A stretch of DNA of 64,000 bases from contig DIRT01000037.1 of NCBI GenBank assembly GCA_002427605.1, positions 20,073-84,072 on the forward strand, read 5' to 3'. This document shows positions 46,551-57,458 of this stretch, piece after piece; position 1 is the stretch's first letter, and each line of letters starts with the position of its first letter. The position numbers and the translations under genes are program-made. The DNA comes from Bacteroidales bacterium UBA5429. GTDB taxonomy: Bacteria; Bacteroidota; Bacteroidia; Bacteroidales; WCHB1-69. The notes beneath the pieces are model-generated. The model ran no database searches. It was not told where the DNA came from and was given only the letters and a program-made list of their open reading frames with translations.

Positions 46551-47210
46551 TTATTTTATGCGTATTACAATATCATGAAGATGTCTCGTTCCTGCCGGAG
46601 ATGTTGCTCTAATTCCTGTGAATAGAATAATTGTTCGGGGAGTTGCATCATTAATTCTGGCTTTTAATTCCTCTGAAAAAGTACCACCCTGAATGGTCAT
46701 AGGTACTTCTTCCTTCCCATCAACAAAAAATATTACCTGATAGGATTGTACACTCCACTCTAAATCATAGGCAAAATCTTGACCCATAGTAACTTCAATA
46801 AATGGTTTTTCCGCTAATTCTTCTTTACTGACACTACCCTCAGTGAACATGCCACTCACTTTTGCAACCGGATTCGGTACACGTTTAACGCGGAACTCTG
46901 AGGCTCCCAGTGTTATATCTCTTTCATCTCACGTGGTTTTAACATGAACAGTTACAGTTTTTCCTATCAAAGTTTCCGGAATAGTGATGTTAAAAGTTCC
47001 GGGACCTGTTTTTGTATATGACCCACCACCTTTTAATTCAATTGAAAGTTCTTCAGGTGCAATAGGAGCATTTACTGTAATAGGGTTGGATAAACCGGCG
47101 TAGAAAACATTCATTCTATCGGCAGAAACAGTAACCCAAGACTTAGTGGTTTGTGCAGTGAGGGAAAATGATAGCATGAACAACGATACTACAATGACTA
47201 ATTTTTTCAT
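46551..47210 (-). pseudogene. secreted GldM-C-terminal-domain-like protein interrupted by one in-frame TGA (46929-46931)
   Basis: ORFs 46929-47210 and 46551-46859 are in the same frame, and the 69 nt between them is open (..VHVKTT*DERDITLGASEFRVKRVPNPVAKVSGMF..). MNVFYAGLSNPITV and FRVKRVPNPVAKV are GldM C-terminal motifs. Confidence 0.65.
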
Positions 47211-47309
47211 AATTGATTTTTTTAATGGGAATAATACTGTTAAAACTGTAAAAAAGTGGGGTTTAGTATGTTGTTTAGCCTATTTTTAATATTTTTTTCT
47301 TCTTTTTTT

Positions 47310-47373
47310 TGAAATAAAAAAAAAGGGGGGCAGGATGGATATACCTCTTTTATTTATACTAATCACCCCACTC
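47310..47373 (-). repeat. two-box intergenic element, copy B
   Basis: Minus-strand gagtggggtgat...cctgcccccc tttttttttatttca; boxes at 47366-47373 and 47325-47333, offset 40 nt. Confidence 0.8.
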
Positions 47374-47426
47374 TCAATATGATCTGAGTGTTGTTAATCT
47401 CTGTTTTTCATATCATTGGATAAAGT

Positions 47427-47457
47427 AATAAAAAAAGGAGCCACAATAGCTCCTTTC
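47427..47457 (-). terminator. intrinsic terminator of tRNA-Ser
   Basis: aaaggagc-tattgtg-gctccttt followed by a T-run on the minus strand, 16 nt after the tRNA 3' end. Confidence 0.8.
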
Positions 47458-47472
47458 GATGTTTAAATGTTG

Positions 47473-47559
47473 CGGAGGGAGAGGGATTCGAACCCTCGGA
47501 AGAGTTACCCCTTCGACAGTTTAGCAAACTGTTGGTTTCAGCCACTCACCCATCCCTCC
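47473..47559 (-). tRNA. tRNA-Ser (anticodon GCU)
   Basis: Hand-folded: acceptor GGAGGGA/TCCCTCC, anticodon stem acagt/actgt with loop ttGCTaa, long variable arm, T-arm gaggg-ttcgaat-ccctc; 87 nt, CCA not encoded. Confidence 0.92.
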
Positions 47560-47662
47560 TTTTGCCTCATAAAAGCGGGTGCAAAAATACACAATTTTTT
47601 TGAATTGATGAGTAAAAATATTTTTTTTTAAAAAAAATGAGCAATTTTGTTTTTTTTTCTTG

Positions 47663-47670
47663 TATCTTTG
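47663..47670 (+). promoter_or_regulatory. -7 box tatctttg for lpxD
   Basis: 17 nt upstream of ATG 47687. Confidence 0.55.
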
Positions 47671-47686
47671 CCGAAATTTTTAGCTG

Positions 47687-48715
47687 ATGAAATTTACTGC
47701 TTTTCAAATTGCTGAACTAATTGGAGCTACCGTAGAGGGGAATCCGGATGCGGAAATCAGAACTTTTTGCAGAATTGAAGAGGGAATACCCGGTGCGCTT
47801 TCTTTTTTAGCCAATCCTAAATATACACAATATATATACCAAACTGAGGCTTCTGCCGTAATAGTTAGTGAAGATTTTGTTCCGGAAGAAAAGTTGACCA
47901 CAACTTTAATAAGAACAAAAAATCCTTATGCTGCTATTGCACAATTAATGGCTATCTATGAAGAAATGGTAAAGCCTAAAAAGATTGGAATATCTGAAAA
48001 AGCATATATAGCTCCTACAGCTCAAATAGGTAAAGATGTTTATATTGCTGAGTTTGTCAGTGTGGGAGAGGGAGCCGTAATCGGTGACTATGCACAACTC
48101 TATCCACATACTGTGATAGGAGATAGAGGTGTAGTAGGTGAGAAGAGTACTCTTTATGCCGGGGTTAAGGTGTACCGTGACTGTAAAATAGGTAAAGAGT
48201 GTATCATTCATGCCGGTGCAGTCATAGGAGCAGATGGATTTGGATTTGCCCCCCAAGATGGGCACTATTTAAAAGTTCCTCAAATAGGAAATGTTATTAT
48301 TGAGGATAATGTCGAAATAGGTGCCAATACCTGTATCGATAGAGCTACAATCGGATCAACTATTATTCATTCTCACGTGAAGCTGGATAATTTGATTCAG
48401 GTAGCACACAATGTAGAATTGGGAGAGAGTACTGCTTGTGCCGCACAAGTGGGAATTTCCGGATCTACAAAAATTGGCAAAAAAGGAATTATTGCAGGGC
48501 AAGTCGGTATCGCAGGGCATCTCCATATTGGAGATAATGTGATTATCGGTGCTCAGTCAGGGGTAATGACAAATATTGAGGATAAACAGATTGTCCTTGG
48601 ATCTCCCGCAATTCCTGTTTCTGAAGAAAAAAAATTAATTATATATAGAAAGAAATTACCGGATCTGTACAAACAAGTGAGGGAATTATGGAAAAAGTAT
48701 CAACAAGATGAGTGA
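47687..48715 (+). CDS. lpxD: UDP-3-O-acylglucosamine N-acyltransferase
   Basis: N-terminal LpxD domain plus long hexapeptide-repeat left-handed helix; 342 aa. Confidence 0.92.
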   Translation: MKFTAFQIAELIGATVEGNPDAEIRTFCRIEEGIPGALSFLANPKYTQYIYQTEASAVIVSEDFVPEEKLTTTLIRTKNPYAAIAQLMAIYEEMVKPKKIGISEKAYIAPTAQIGKDVYIAEFVSVGEGAVIGDYAQLYPHTVIGDRGVVGEKSTLYAGVKVYRDCKIGKECIIHAGAVIGADGFGFAPQDGHYLKVPQIGNVIIEDNVEIGANTCIDRATIGSTIIHSHVKLDNLIQVAHNVELGESTACAAQVGISGSTKIGKKGIIAGQVGIAGHLHIGDNVIIGAQSGVMTNIEDKQIVLGSPAIPVSEEKKLIIYRKKLPDLYKQVRELWKKYQQDE

Positions 48716-48748
48716 CAATTTATTTTTATTTAGAATTAATTTTTATTT

Positions 48749-49669
48749 ATGACACAAAAACAACAAACAATCGTTGCAGAAGTAACCTTTTCTGGACGAG
48801 GATTACATACAGGAAAATTTGCTAATGTTACAATTAAACCGGCTCCTGAAAATCATGGGGTTCTCTTTCAACGTGTAGACTTGCCGGAGAAGCCTATTGT
48901 TAGAGCTCATGTCGATAATGTAGCAGATACTTCAAGAAGCACTAACCTGAGAGAAAATGGGGTTGATGTTAAAACAGTGGAACACATACTCTCTGTCTGC
49001 GCGGGAATGGGAATAGATAATGCACTGATCGAAATTGACAATGAAGAGGTTCCTATCCTGGACGGAAGTGCCAAAGAATATGTGGAAAAAATTCAAAAAG
49101 TTGGATTACAGACCCAAGAAGCTAATAGAGACTATTATACAGTAGAAGAGGTGGTTATGTTTGAAAAACCGGATCAGGGAATAGAGTTGATCCTCATGCC
49201 CTCACAACACCGGAAGTTTACTGTAATTGTCGACTATGGAACTGACGCATTGTCGAGTCAGTGTGCTACTCTGAAGGATTTGTCTCAATATGTTCCAGAC
49301 GTGTATGATAGCAGAACATTCGTATTCCTTCATGAATTACAATTTTTGGTTCAAAATAATTTGATAAAGGGAGGAGACCTCAATAACGCAATAGTGTTTG
49401 TGGATAAAGAACCGAAACAAGAAGAGTTGGATCAGTTGGCGAACTTTTTTGGAGTTGGTAACGTGAAAGTGAATCAGAATGGGACTCTTGATAACGTAAA
49501 ATTACGTCACTTGAATGAACCTGCCAGACATAAATTGTTGGACTTGATTGGTGATATGTTTCTCCTAGGGAAACCCATTAAAGGTGATATTATTGCAAAA
49601 AAACCGGGGCACTTTGCTAATACTGAGTTTGCAAAATTAATCGCTGAAGTGATGATTCCCAAAAAATAA
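48749..49669 (+). CDS. lpxC: UDP-3-O-acyl-GlcNAc deacetylase, stand-alone (no FabZ fusion)
   Basis: GRGLHTGK, TVEHILSV, HKLLDLIGDM, KPGHFANTEF; 306 aa ending before any hot-dog domain. Confidence 0.9.
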   Translation: MTQKQQTIVAEVTFSGRGLHTGKFANVTIKPAPENHGVLFQRVDLPEKPIVRAHVDNVADTSRSTNLRENGVDVKTVEHILSVCAGMGIDNALIEIDNEEVPILDGSAKEYVEKIQKVGLQTQEANRDYYTVEEVVMFEKPDQGIELILMPSQHRKFTVIVDYGTDALSSQCATLKDLSQYVPDVYDSRTFVFLHELQFLVQNNLIKGGDLNNAIVFVDKEPKQEELDQLANFFGVGNVKVNQNGTLDNVKLRHLNEPARHKLLDLIGDMFLLGKPIKGDIIAKKPGHFANTEFAKLIAEVMIPKK

Positions 49670-49762
49670 TAACTATTTTTTGTAACCTTTTCTTTTCTTT
49701 AACGTAAGAAATTATGTTCTTTGTGTCTGTAAGACATTTAAAGGAAAAGTTAATGGTTTGAA

Positions 49763-49794
49763 TAACGGCGACTGTAAAGTCGCTGTTGTTTTTT
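49763..49794 (+). terminator. intrinsic terminator after lpxC
   Basis: aacggcgact-gtaa-agtcgctgtt, then gtttttt. Confidence 0.75.
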
Positions 49795-49844
49795 GCATTT
49801 TTAAGAACACCATTGAGTGTTGATAATTACTATAATAATTTTTG

Positions 49845-49852
49845 TATCTTTG
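49845..49852 (+). promoter_or_regulatory. -7 box tatctttg for secA
   Basis: 24 nt upstream of ATG 49876. Confidence 0.55.
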
Positions 49853-49875
49853 CACTCAATTTTAAAGATTGAAAA

Positions 49876-52800
49876 ATGGCTAATTTTTTAACTAAACTAT
49901 TTGGGTCTAAGGCAGATAGAGACTTAAAGGCCCTAACACCATATTTGAATGCTACATTAGAAGCACATCAAAAGATTGAAACTCTTTCTAATGATGAGCT
50001 GAGAGCCCTCACAACTGATTTTAAAAACAGAATAGCGACTGCAATTCAAGCTGAAGAATCCCGAATTCAGGAAATTAAAAATGAATTGGATACACGTTAC
50101 GATATCGATGTTGAGGAGGCGGAACTGTTATATAAGGAGTTGGAAAGCCTGGAAAAGAAGGCATATGATAAAACTCAGGATATGCTGGATGAAATATTGC
50201 CGGAAGCTTATGCGGTGATCAAAGAAACAGCCAGACGTTTTAAGGAAAATGATCAGGTTGTGGTGACTGCTACTGAGATGGATCGCGATATTGCAGCATA
50301 CAGAGAAACAGTGCAGATTGAAGGGGATAAGGCAGTTTATAGCTCTACCTGGTCGGCAGGTGGAAATATGCTGAAATGGGATATGTGTCACTATGATGTG
50401 CAAATTATTGGTGGAACAGTTCTACATCAAGGAAAAATTGCAGAGATGGGAACGGGAGAGGGTAAGACTCTTGTAGCAACACTACCAGTTTATCTTAATG
50501 CACTTCCCGGAAAAGGAGTACACGTGGTAACAGTAAACGATTATCTTGCAAAACGTGACTCCGAATGGATGGGACTCATTTTTGAGTTTCATGGGTTAAC
50601 TGTGGACTGTATTGATAAACATCAACCTCATTCCGAAGAGCGTAAAAAAGCATACTTGGCGGACATCACCTACGGAACAAATAATGAGTTCGGTTTTGAC
50701 TACTTGCGTGATAATATGGCAGGTAACATCGGGGAGTTAGTTCAAAGACCACATAACTACGCTATTGTCGATGAGGTGGACTCCGTTTTAATTGACGATG
50801 CAAGAACTCCGTTGATTATTTCAGGACCTACACCCAGAGGAGATCAACAGGAATTTCATGTTTATAAACCGATTATTGAGAAGTTGTATAATGCACAAAG
50901 ATCAATGATCAATGAGGTGTTGGCAAAAGCTAAAGCTTTGTTGGCAGAGAACCCTGATCCCAAACCGGAAGAGGAAGCAGCTATCCTCTTGTTGAGAGCT
51001 CATCGTGGATTGCCCAAAAATAAGGCACTTATTAAGTTTTTGAGTGAACCAGGGATGAAACAATTGCTTCTTAAAACAGAAGGATTCTATATGCAACAAC
51101 AAAATAGAAATATGCCGATTATAGACAAGGAACTCTATTTTGTGATTGAAGAGAAGTTAAACTCAGTGGATATCACTGAAAAGGGGATCGACCTGGTTTC
51201 AAGAACAACAGAAGAGTCTAAAATGTTCTTAATTCCGGACGTAGGAGCAGAGATTGCGGAACTTGAAAAGTTAAATCTGGATCCGCAAGAAAAAACTAAT
51301 CGTAAAAATGAAATCTACCGTAATTTCTCTATAGCATCTGAAAGGATTCACACTATTCACCAATTATTAAAAGCATATACTATGTTTGAAAAGGATGTAG
51401 AGTATGTGATCATAGAAAATAAGGTGAAAATTGTGGACGAGCAAACCGGTCGTATCATGGAAGGAAGAAGATATTCTGACGGTTTGCACCAGGCTATTGA
51501 AGCTAAGGAAAATGTGAAAGTGGAAGCAGCAACCCAAACCTATGCAACCATTACATTGCAAAACTATTTCAGAATGTACAAAAAACTCGCCGGGATGACA
51601 GGTACTGCAGAAACAGAAGCAGGTGAGTTTTGGGATATCTATAAATTGGATGTGGTAGTAATTCCAACCAATAGACCCATTGCTCGTATCGATGCAGAAG
51701 ATTTTGTATATAAAACTAAACGTGAGAAATATGCTGCAGTTATAGATGAAATTATTAGACTGCACGAGGAAAAACGTCCTGTATTGGTTGGAACAACTTC
51801 GGTTGAAATTTCAGAGCTACTTTCTCGTGTTTTGAGTACTCGTAGGATTAAACATAATGTTCTGAATGCTAAATTACACCAAAGAGAAGCAGATATTGTA
51901 GCTGAAGCTGGACAACCCGGTACTGTGACGATTTCTACAAACATGGCGGGAAGGGGAACCGACATTAAGCTGGGACCCGGTGTGAAAGAAGCAGGTGGAT
52001 TGGCAATTATTGGTACTGAAAGACACGACTCCAGACGGGTGGATAGACAGCTCCGTGGACGTGCCGGTCGTCAGGGTGACCCGGGTAGCTCCCAATTCTA
52101 TGTTTCACTTGAGGATGACCTGATGCGTCTTTTTGGGTCAGACCGAATATCAAAGGTGATGGATAGAATGGGGTTGAAAGATGGGGAAGTGATTCAGCAT
52201 GGAATGATTACAAAGTCGATAGAGAGAGCACAGAAGAAGGTGGAAGAGAATAACTTTGGAATCAGAAAACGATTGCTGGAGTACGATGATGTAATGAATA
52301 AACAGCGGACTACAATCTATCGTAAACGAAATAATGCTCTTTTTGGAGATCGTTTGGCAATAGATATTTCTGATATGTTTTATGATGTGTGTGTAAAATT
52401 AGTGGAAGATAACTATGTCAATAAGGATTATGACTACTTTTCAGCACAAGTGATTTCTATCTTTGGAACAGAATCTCCGTTTACATTTGATCAGTTTACA
52501 CAGGAAAGACCACAAGTACTGATTGATAAACTGTATGATACCGTTTATCCTAACTATAAGGTGAAGATGCAACATATTGCACAGCAGGCAATGCCTGTGC
52601 TGAAACGGGTAGCACATGATAGTGGAGGTAGGATTGAGTTGATTGGTATTCCAATTACTGATGGAGTAAAAACGCTCAATGTTGTAGCTCCATTGAAAAA
52701 ATCGATTGAAACTGATGGTCGTGAAATGATTCTTTCCATTGAAAAAGGAATTACTCTTTCAGTAATTGATAATATGTGGAAAGATCACCTTCGTGAGATG

Positions 52801-53157
52801 GATGATCTGAAGCAGAGTGTTCAAAATGCTTCCTATGAGCAAAAAGATCCCCTATTGATTTATAAATTGGAATCTTTTAATCTGTTTGATACCCTTTTGA
52901 ATGATATCAATCAGGAGATTGTTGGATTCTTAAATAAGGGGGGACTCCCTGTTCAGGAGCAACCGCAGTTGAAAGAGGCACAACTTCCTGAGTCAGAGAC
53001 TAAGAAATTGCAAACAGGTCGTGAAGAGTTGGGCGGTGGTAGATCAGTTACAGGAGGAAAAGGTAATGCGCCGATTCGCGTTGAGAAGAAGGTGGGAAGA
53101 AATGAACCTTGTCCATGCGGAAGTGGTAAAAAATATAAACATTGTCACGGGAGATAG
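49876..53157 (+). CDS. secA: preprotein translocase ATPase SecA
   Basis: [14 protein letters not shown] Walker [21 protein letters not shown]-terminal zinc finger [14 protein letters not shown]. Confidence 0.97.
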   Translation: MANFLTKLFGSKADRDLKALTPYLNATLEAHQKIETLSNDELRALTTDFKNRIATAIQAEESRIQEIKNELDTRYDIDVEEAELLYKELESLEKKAYDKTQDMLDEILPEAYAVIKETARRFKENDQVVVTATEMDRDIAAYRETVQIEGDKAVYSSTWSAGGNMLKWDMCHYDVQIIGGTVLHQGKIAEMGTGEGKTLVATLPVYLNALPGKGVHVVTVNDYLAKRDSEWMGLIFEFHGLTVDCIDKHQPHSEERKKAYLADITYGTNNEFGFDYLRDNMAGNIGELVQRPHNYAIVDEVDSVLIDDARTPLIISGPTPRGDQQEFHVYKPIIEKLYNAQRSMINEVLAKAKALLAENPDPKPEEEAAILLLRAHRGLPKNKALIKFLSEPGMKQLLLKTEGFYMQQQNRNMPIIDKELYFVIEEKLNSVDITEKGIDLVSRTTEESKMFLIPDVGAEIAELEKLNLDPQEKTNRKNEIYRNFSIASERIHTIHQLLKAYTMFEKDVEYVIIENKVKIVDEQTGRIMEGRRYSDGLHQAIEAKENVKVEAATQTYATITLQNYFRMYKKLAGMTGTAETEAGEFWDIYKLDVVVIPTNRPIARIDAEDFVYKTKREKYAAVIDEIIRLHEEKRPVLVGTTSVEISELLSRVLSTRRIKHNVLNAKLHQREADIVAEAGQPGTVTISTNMAGRGTDIKLGPGVKEAGGLAIIGTERHDSRRVDRQLRGRAGRQGDPGSSQFYVSLEDDLMRLFGSDRISKVMDRMGLKDGEVIQHGMITKSIERAQKKVEENNFGIRKRLLEYDDVMNKQRTTIYRKRNNALFGDRLAIDISDMFYDVCVKLVEDNYVNKDYDYFSAQVISIFGTESPFTFDQFTQERPQVLIDKLYDTVYPNYKVKMQHIAQQAMPVLKRVAHDSGGRIELIGIPITDGVKTLNVVAPLKKSIETDGREMILSIEKGITLSVIDNMWKDHLREMDDLKQSVQNASYEQKDPLLIYKLESFNLFDTLLNDINQEIVGFLNKGGLPVQEQPQLKEAQLPESETKKLQTGREELGGGRSVTGGKGNAPIRVEKKVGRNEPCPCGSGKKYKHCHGR

Positions 53158-53175
53158 GAGTAAATTGCTCTGATT

Positions 53176-54294
53176 ATGGCTACAGTGACTCTTTCAGTTA
53201 TCAATGATCTATACAGTGATCAGAGGCTTGACAAAGTGTGTAATTCCCTGATTGGGATGGGGTTTGAAGTGAAACTGGTGGGGAGACGCTATAGAAATTC
53301 TCCTGAAGTAAAGCGTGAATATCGAACCAAAAGAATACACCTTTTGTTTAAAAGAGGACCTCTTTGTTATGCAGAGTTTAATTTGCGACTTTTTTTCTAT
53401 CTCTTATTCCAAAAAACTGATATTCTGGTAGCCAATGACCTTGATACTTTGCTCCCAAACCTATTGGTGTCTAAAATCCGGAGGAAAAAATTGGTCTACG
53501 ATTCTCATGAATATTTCTTGGGTATTCTCGAGATTCAGCATCGAGCCCCTGTGAAATGGGTGTGGACACAAATTGAAAAATGGTGCTTCCCCCAATTAGA
53601 TCATATTATAACAGTAAGTCAATCAATAGTAGATCTCTATCGGAAAGAATATGGGAAAGAGGTACATTTAGTACGTAATATCCCGTTACTGCGTGAATAT
53701 AAACCGATTAATAAAGAAGAGTTAAAGTTGGAGTTGGGAATTCCTTTGGATCAAAAAATGGTAATATTTCAAGGTAATGCCATTCACCGTGATCGGGGAG
53801 GAGAGGAGATTGTTCAGGCAGCGCCCTATATTGAACAGGCTGTGATACTCATTGTAGGGGATGGGGATATGGTTCCGGATCTTAAAAATTGGGTCAAAGA
53901 GCATCAGTTGGAGGATAAAGTGATTTTTACCGGAAGAGTGGCACCGGAAACATTGAGAAAATATACCCAAATGGCAGATTTGGGTGTTACTTTTGACAAA
54001 AATGTGAGTCCAAACCATTACTATAGTTTGCCTAATAAACTGTTCGAATATATTCATGCTTACATTCCTATTGTTGCTTCCAATTTACCGGAACGCAAAC
54101 GAATTATTGATACTTATGAAGTAGGAGAAGTAGTTGAAGACCTTTCACCTCAGTCAGTTGCGACTGCCGTCAATGGGATTTTACAAGATCCCGAACGCTA
54201 TGCACGTTATAAACAGAATTGTGTAAAAGCGGCACAAGATCTCAATTGGCAAAAAGAAGAGTTGGTATTGCAAAAAATTTACAAAAATTTATAA
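53176..54294 (+). CDS. GT4-family glycosyltransferase
   Basis: GT-B C-terminal motif LPNKLFEYIHAYIPIVASNLPE (EX7E). Confidence 0.78.
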   Translation: MATVTLSVINDLYSDQRLDKVCNSLIGMGFEVKLVGRRYRNSPEVKREYRTKRIHLLFKRGPLCYAEFNLRLFFYLLFQKTDILVANDLDTLLPNLLVSKIRRKKLVYDSHEYFLGILEIQHRAPVKWVWTQIEKWCFPQLDHIITVSQSIVDLYRKEYGKEVHLVRNIPLLREYKPINKEELKLELGIPLDQKMVIFQGNAIHRDRGGEEIVQAAPYIEQAVILIVGDGDMVPDLKNWVKEHQLEDKVIFTGRVAPETLRKYTQMADLGVTFDKNVSPNHYYSLPNKLFEYIHAYIPIVASNLPERKRIIDTYEVGEVVEDLSPQSVATAVNGILQDPERYARYKQNCVKAAQDLNWQKEELVLQKIYKNL

Positions 54295-54296
54295 AA

Positions 54297-54328
54297 AGAA
54301 TAAGGCGACCGGATGATCGCCTTATTCT
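54297..54328. terminator. 12-bp hairpin between convergent genes (agaataaggcga / tcgccttattct)
   Basis: Perfect stem; the T-run is present only for the minus-strand (rubredoxin) direction. Confidence 0.7.
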
Positions 54329-54368
54329 GTAGTAGAGTCCTTTGATAAGAACTACTAAGTAGGGTTGA

Positions 54369-54527
54369 TTATTCTTCAGGTTCAAAATCCTCTTTTCCTA
54401 CTCCACAAAGTGGACAAGTCCAATCATCTGGAAGATCTTCAAATTGGGTTCCTGGTTGGATTCCATTTTCTACATCACCTACTGCTGGGTCATAAACATA
54501 ACCACACACAACGCATACGTAATTCAT
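54369..54527 (-). CDS. rubredoxin
   Basis: [10 protein letters not shown] ... WTCPLCG; ATG 54527 (the track start 54596 is an upstream extension). Confidence 0.9.
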   Translation of the reverse strand: MNYVCVVCGYVYDPAVGDVENGIQPGTQFEDLPDDWTCPLCGVGKEDFEPEE

Positions 54528-54579
54528 ACTTTTTTTAATTTTTAGGTTAATAATTATTTTAAAGATTGCTATCTGTAGA

Positions 54580-55563
54580 TTACTCCACAGAGGCAAAGTA
54601 TTTCATAAATTGTATTCTTTCAAAAACTTCAGGATGCTCAACTTGATCCATACTTAATTTGCCGCGAAACTCATCAATGGTTTTATATCCTTTGCTCTTC
54701 ATCCAACTTTCAATCTCATCCTTAATAGTTTGAATCACTGAAAGATTATTTTTGTACAAAACACTTGAGATCTGTACAACTTGAGCCCCCGCCAAAAGAA
54801 ACTTTACGGCAGTTTCTCCATTGTGAATGCCTGATGTAGCAGCAATGTTATTCTTAAGTTTTCCTGACAAAATAGCAACCCATCTAAGCGTTTCAGCATA
54901 GTCCGAAGAGGATGAAAATACAGAGGCTTGTACAACTTTTTCATTGTGAATGTCAATATCCGGACAATAATGGCGATTGAATAGCACAAATCCTTTTACA
55001 TTATTGTAACGATCCAAACGAGTAAGCAGATGAGCCAAACTGCTGGAACTATTACTCATTTTGAGAGTAACCGGAATTACAGCGGTCTCAGCAATCTTAT
55101 TGACAATCTTAAAGTAAGTACTCTCAATCTCTTCGGAAGTAACATGAGGGTTAGAAGAGAGTAATGAAATATTCAGTTCAATAGCATCTGCACCAGCATC
55201 TTGAATCTTTTTTACAAAAGAGATCCACTCATTTGAAGTGACACAGTTGATACTGGCAATAATCGGAATAGTACTTAGTTTTTTAGCTTCACGGATCAAC
55301 TCCAGATATTTGTTAAGATTGTTCATGCGAGTATATTCCTTGATATAGTCCAATGATTCCGGGTAACCGTAGTCGTTGAGGTTGATTCCCTGACTTGATT
55401 CTGCTATGATCTGTTCTTCAAAAAGGGATTTTAATACTAAAGCACCGGGACGATATGCTATTATTTTTTTAATCGATTCAATATTGCCGGTAAATCCGCA
55501 ACTGGCAATAACTACAGGATTTTCAATGGATAAGCCCGCATAAGTTGTTTTCATGTCAACCAT
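54580..55563 (-). CDS. dihydroorotate-dehydrogenase-like TIM-barrel flavoprotein (non-PyrD subfamily)
   Basis: class-1 DHOD-like [35 protein letters not shown] motifs; paired with rubredoxin. Confidence 0.7.
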   Translation of the reverse strand: MVDMKTTYAGLSIENPVVIASCGFTGNIESIKKIIAYRPGALVLKSLFEEQIIAESSQGINLNDYGYPESLDYIKEYTRMNNLNKYLELIREAKKLSTIPIIASINCVTSNEWISFVKKIQDAGADAIELNISLLSSNPHVTSEEIESTYFKIVNKIAETAVIPVTLKMSNSSSSLAHLLTRLDRYNNVKGFVLFNRHYCPDIDIHNEKVVQASVFSSSSDYAETLRWVAILSGKLKNNIAATSGIHNGETAVKFLLAGAQVVQISSVLYKNNLSVIQTIKDEIESWMKSKGYKTIDEFRGKLSMDQVEHPEVFERIQFMKYFASVE

Positions 55564-55598
55564 AAATCTCTCTTTTTTTTGTTTCCAATTTCAAAATA

Positions 55599-55606
55599 CA
55601 AATGTA
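55599..55606 (-). promoter_or_regulatory. -7 box tacatttg (minus strand) for the DHOD-like/rubredoxin pair
   Basis: 36 nt upstream of ATG 55563. Confidence 0.5.
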
Positions 55607-55653
55607 TATAAAAAACATGATATAAAAATGACCAAAGTATGAAAAAAAATACT

Positions 55654-55661
55654 TAATTTTG
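55654..55661 (+). promoter_or_regulatory. -7 box taattttg for the OMP gene
   Basis: 59 nt upstream of ATG 55720. Confidence 0.45.
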
Positions 55662-55719
55662 CGGATTCAAAAATAAAACTCTTTTTAACGAAGAAAATAA
55701 TTATTAAAATTTTAAAAAT

Positions 55720-56382
55720 ATGAAAAGAAGATTAATTATCGTAGTAGCTCTTTTGAGCATTTTGACTGTAAGTCAGGTATCTGCACAAACTCGAGTTGGA
55801 GTAAAAGCAGGAGCAAATTTTTCAATGATGACAAAGAAATACACCCTTTTGGGAACTGAGAACAAAGCGGATCTCGGTACACATGTGGGTTTTCATGTTG
55901 GATTTATTTCTGAAATTCCGCTGATTGCTAACTTGTATTTTAATCCAGGTTTATTCTTTAGTTCTAAAGGTTACATACAAACAACAGAAGTAGCTGGATA
56001 TACAAATAAATACACATTCAACCCTTATTTTGTAGAAATTCCACTTCATATAATGTTTAAATTACCGATCTCTAATTCGGCTATTTTTGGATATGTAGGA
56101 CCCTATTTTTCTTATGGTATTGCAGGAAATTGGACTAATAAAGCAGAATTACCTATAGTGGAGCCACAGATAACAAAAGATAAAATAAAATTTGGTTCAG
56201 ATAATGGTGATCATATGGAACCATTTGATATGGGATTAGATGTTGGTGTAGGATTTGAAGTAAATAAATTTCAAGTTTCAGTTCAGTATGCTATAGGGTT
56301 CTTAAATCTTGTTCCATCTCGTCCTGAAAATAGTACAATGAAAATGAACGTTCTTTCTGTATCTGCTGCATATTTATTTTAA
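55720..56382 (+). CDS. outer-membrane beta-barrel (porin-family) protein
   Basis: Signal peptide ..VSAQ, beta-strand periodicity, C-terminal SVSAAYLF. Confidence 0.68.
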   Translation: MKRRLIIVVALLSILTVSQVSAQTRVGVKAGANFSMMTKKYTLLGTENKADLGTHVGFHVGFISEIPLIANLYFNPGLFFSSKGYIQTTEVAGYTNKYTFNPYFVEIPLHIMFKLPISNSAIFGYVGPYFSYGIAGNWTNKAELPIVEPQITKDKIKFGSDNGDHMEPFDMGLDVGVGFEVNKFQVSVQYAIGFLNLVPSRPENSTMKMNVLSVSAAYLF

Positions 56383-56417
56383 TATCCTAAAATTTTTAAA
56401 AGTACTATTGTAGACAT

Positions 56418-56458
56418 AAAACAAAATGAACTTATGGTAAGTTCATTTTGTTTTTTTA
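56418..56458 (+). terminator. intrinsic terminator
   Basis: 17-bp stem aaaacaaaatgaactta/taagttcattttgtttt, then ttt. Confidence 0.85.
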
Positions 56459-56460
56459 TT

Positions 56461-56468
56461 TATATTTG
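56461..56468 (+). promoter_or_regulatory. -7 box tatatttg for the transketolase subunit gene
   Basis: 19 nt upstream of ATG 56487. Confidence 0.5.
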
Positions 56469-56486
56469 CAAAAAAAAAGTTATAAA

Positions 56487-57440
56487 ATGAAAATGCTTGA
56501 TTGTAAAGAGTTTAAAGAAACACGCTCCGGATTTGGAGACGCTTTATTAGAAATAGGAAGAATAAATCCCGACTTATTTGGAATTTGTGGTGACTTGACA
56601 GGTTCTGTTAAGATGAATCAGTTTGCTGAAGCGTTTCCGGAACGTTTTGTTCAAGTAGGAATTGCAGAAGCGAATATGGTTGGTATCGCTGCAGGGTTGG
56701 CGTTGAGTGGGAAAATTCCGGTTGTCGGTGGTTTTGCAGGATTTATTACAGGCAGAGTGTATGATCAGATCCGAATGGTAGTTGCCTATTCCAATAAAAA
56801 TGTTAAAATTGCAGGTTCTCACGCGGGAATTACATCTGGAGAAGATGGTGCAACGCACCAAATTATGGAGGATCTTGGATTGATGAAAATGTTGCCCAAT
56901 ATGGTAGTATTAAATCCTTGTGATTATAACCAGACAAAAGCAGCTACTCATGCTGCAGTGAAACATATTGGACCGGTATATTTGCGTTTTGGAAGACCGG
57001 CTGTGCCAAATTTTACACCGATGGATCAACCTTTTGAAATAGGTAAAGCAATTCAGTTAAAAGAAGGGAGTGATGTTTCTATATTTGCAACAGGACATTT
57101 AGTGTGGCATGCTTTGGTTGCAGCAAAACAACTTCAGGAAGAAGGAATTTCAGCAGAAGTAATCAATATTCATACAATTAAACCGTTGGATGAGGAAGCA
57201 ATTCTTCGAAGTGTGACAAAAACCAAATGTGTGGTTTCTGCGGAAGAGCATTTGATGAATGGAGGATTGGGTGATTCTATAGCTCAATTGTTGTCCAGAA
57301 AATTACCCACACCTATGGAATATGTTGCAGTAGATGACCGATTTGGTGAGTCCGGAACTCCGGAATTACTTCTGAAAGAGTATGGGTTGGACGCTTCCAA
57401 TATTGTTGATGCAGTTAAAAAAGTAAGCCAGCGCTTATAA
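56487..57440 (+). CDS. transketolase, C-terminal (pyrimidine-binding) subunit
   Basis: FPERFVQVGIAEANMVGIAAGLA, GEDGATHQ; ATG 56487; about 317 aa. Confidence 0.85.
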   Translation: MKMLDCKEFKETRSGFGDALLEIGRINPDLFGICGDLTGSVKMNQFAEAFPERFVQVGIAEANMVGIAAGLALSGKIPVVGGFAGFITGRVYDQIRMVVAYSNKNVKIAGSHAGITSGEDGATHQIMEDLGLMKMLPNMVVLNPCDYNQTKAATHAAVKHIGPVYLRFGRPAVPNFTPMDQPFEIGKAIQLKEGSDVSIFATGHLVWHALVAAKQLQEEGISAEVINIHTIKPLDEEAILRSVTKTKCVVSAEEHLMNGGLGDSIAQLLSRKLPTPMEYVAVDDRFGESGTPELLLKEYGLDASNIVDAVKKVSQRL

Positions 57441-57458
57441 GTTGCTTTTAGTTGTTCT

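Noticed and set aside
46929-46931. TGA recoding (selenocysteine or an alternative genetic code) for the in-frame stop
   Set aside because: TGA terminates other well-supported genes here (lpxD, rpsJ). I saw no SECIS-like hairpin immediately downstream, and a Cys/Sec is not expected at that position of GldM-like domains.
56487-57440. Orphan transketolase C-terminal subunit as an anomaly
   Set aside because: The N-terminal subunit may simply be encoded elsewhere, which cannot be judged from one window.
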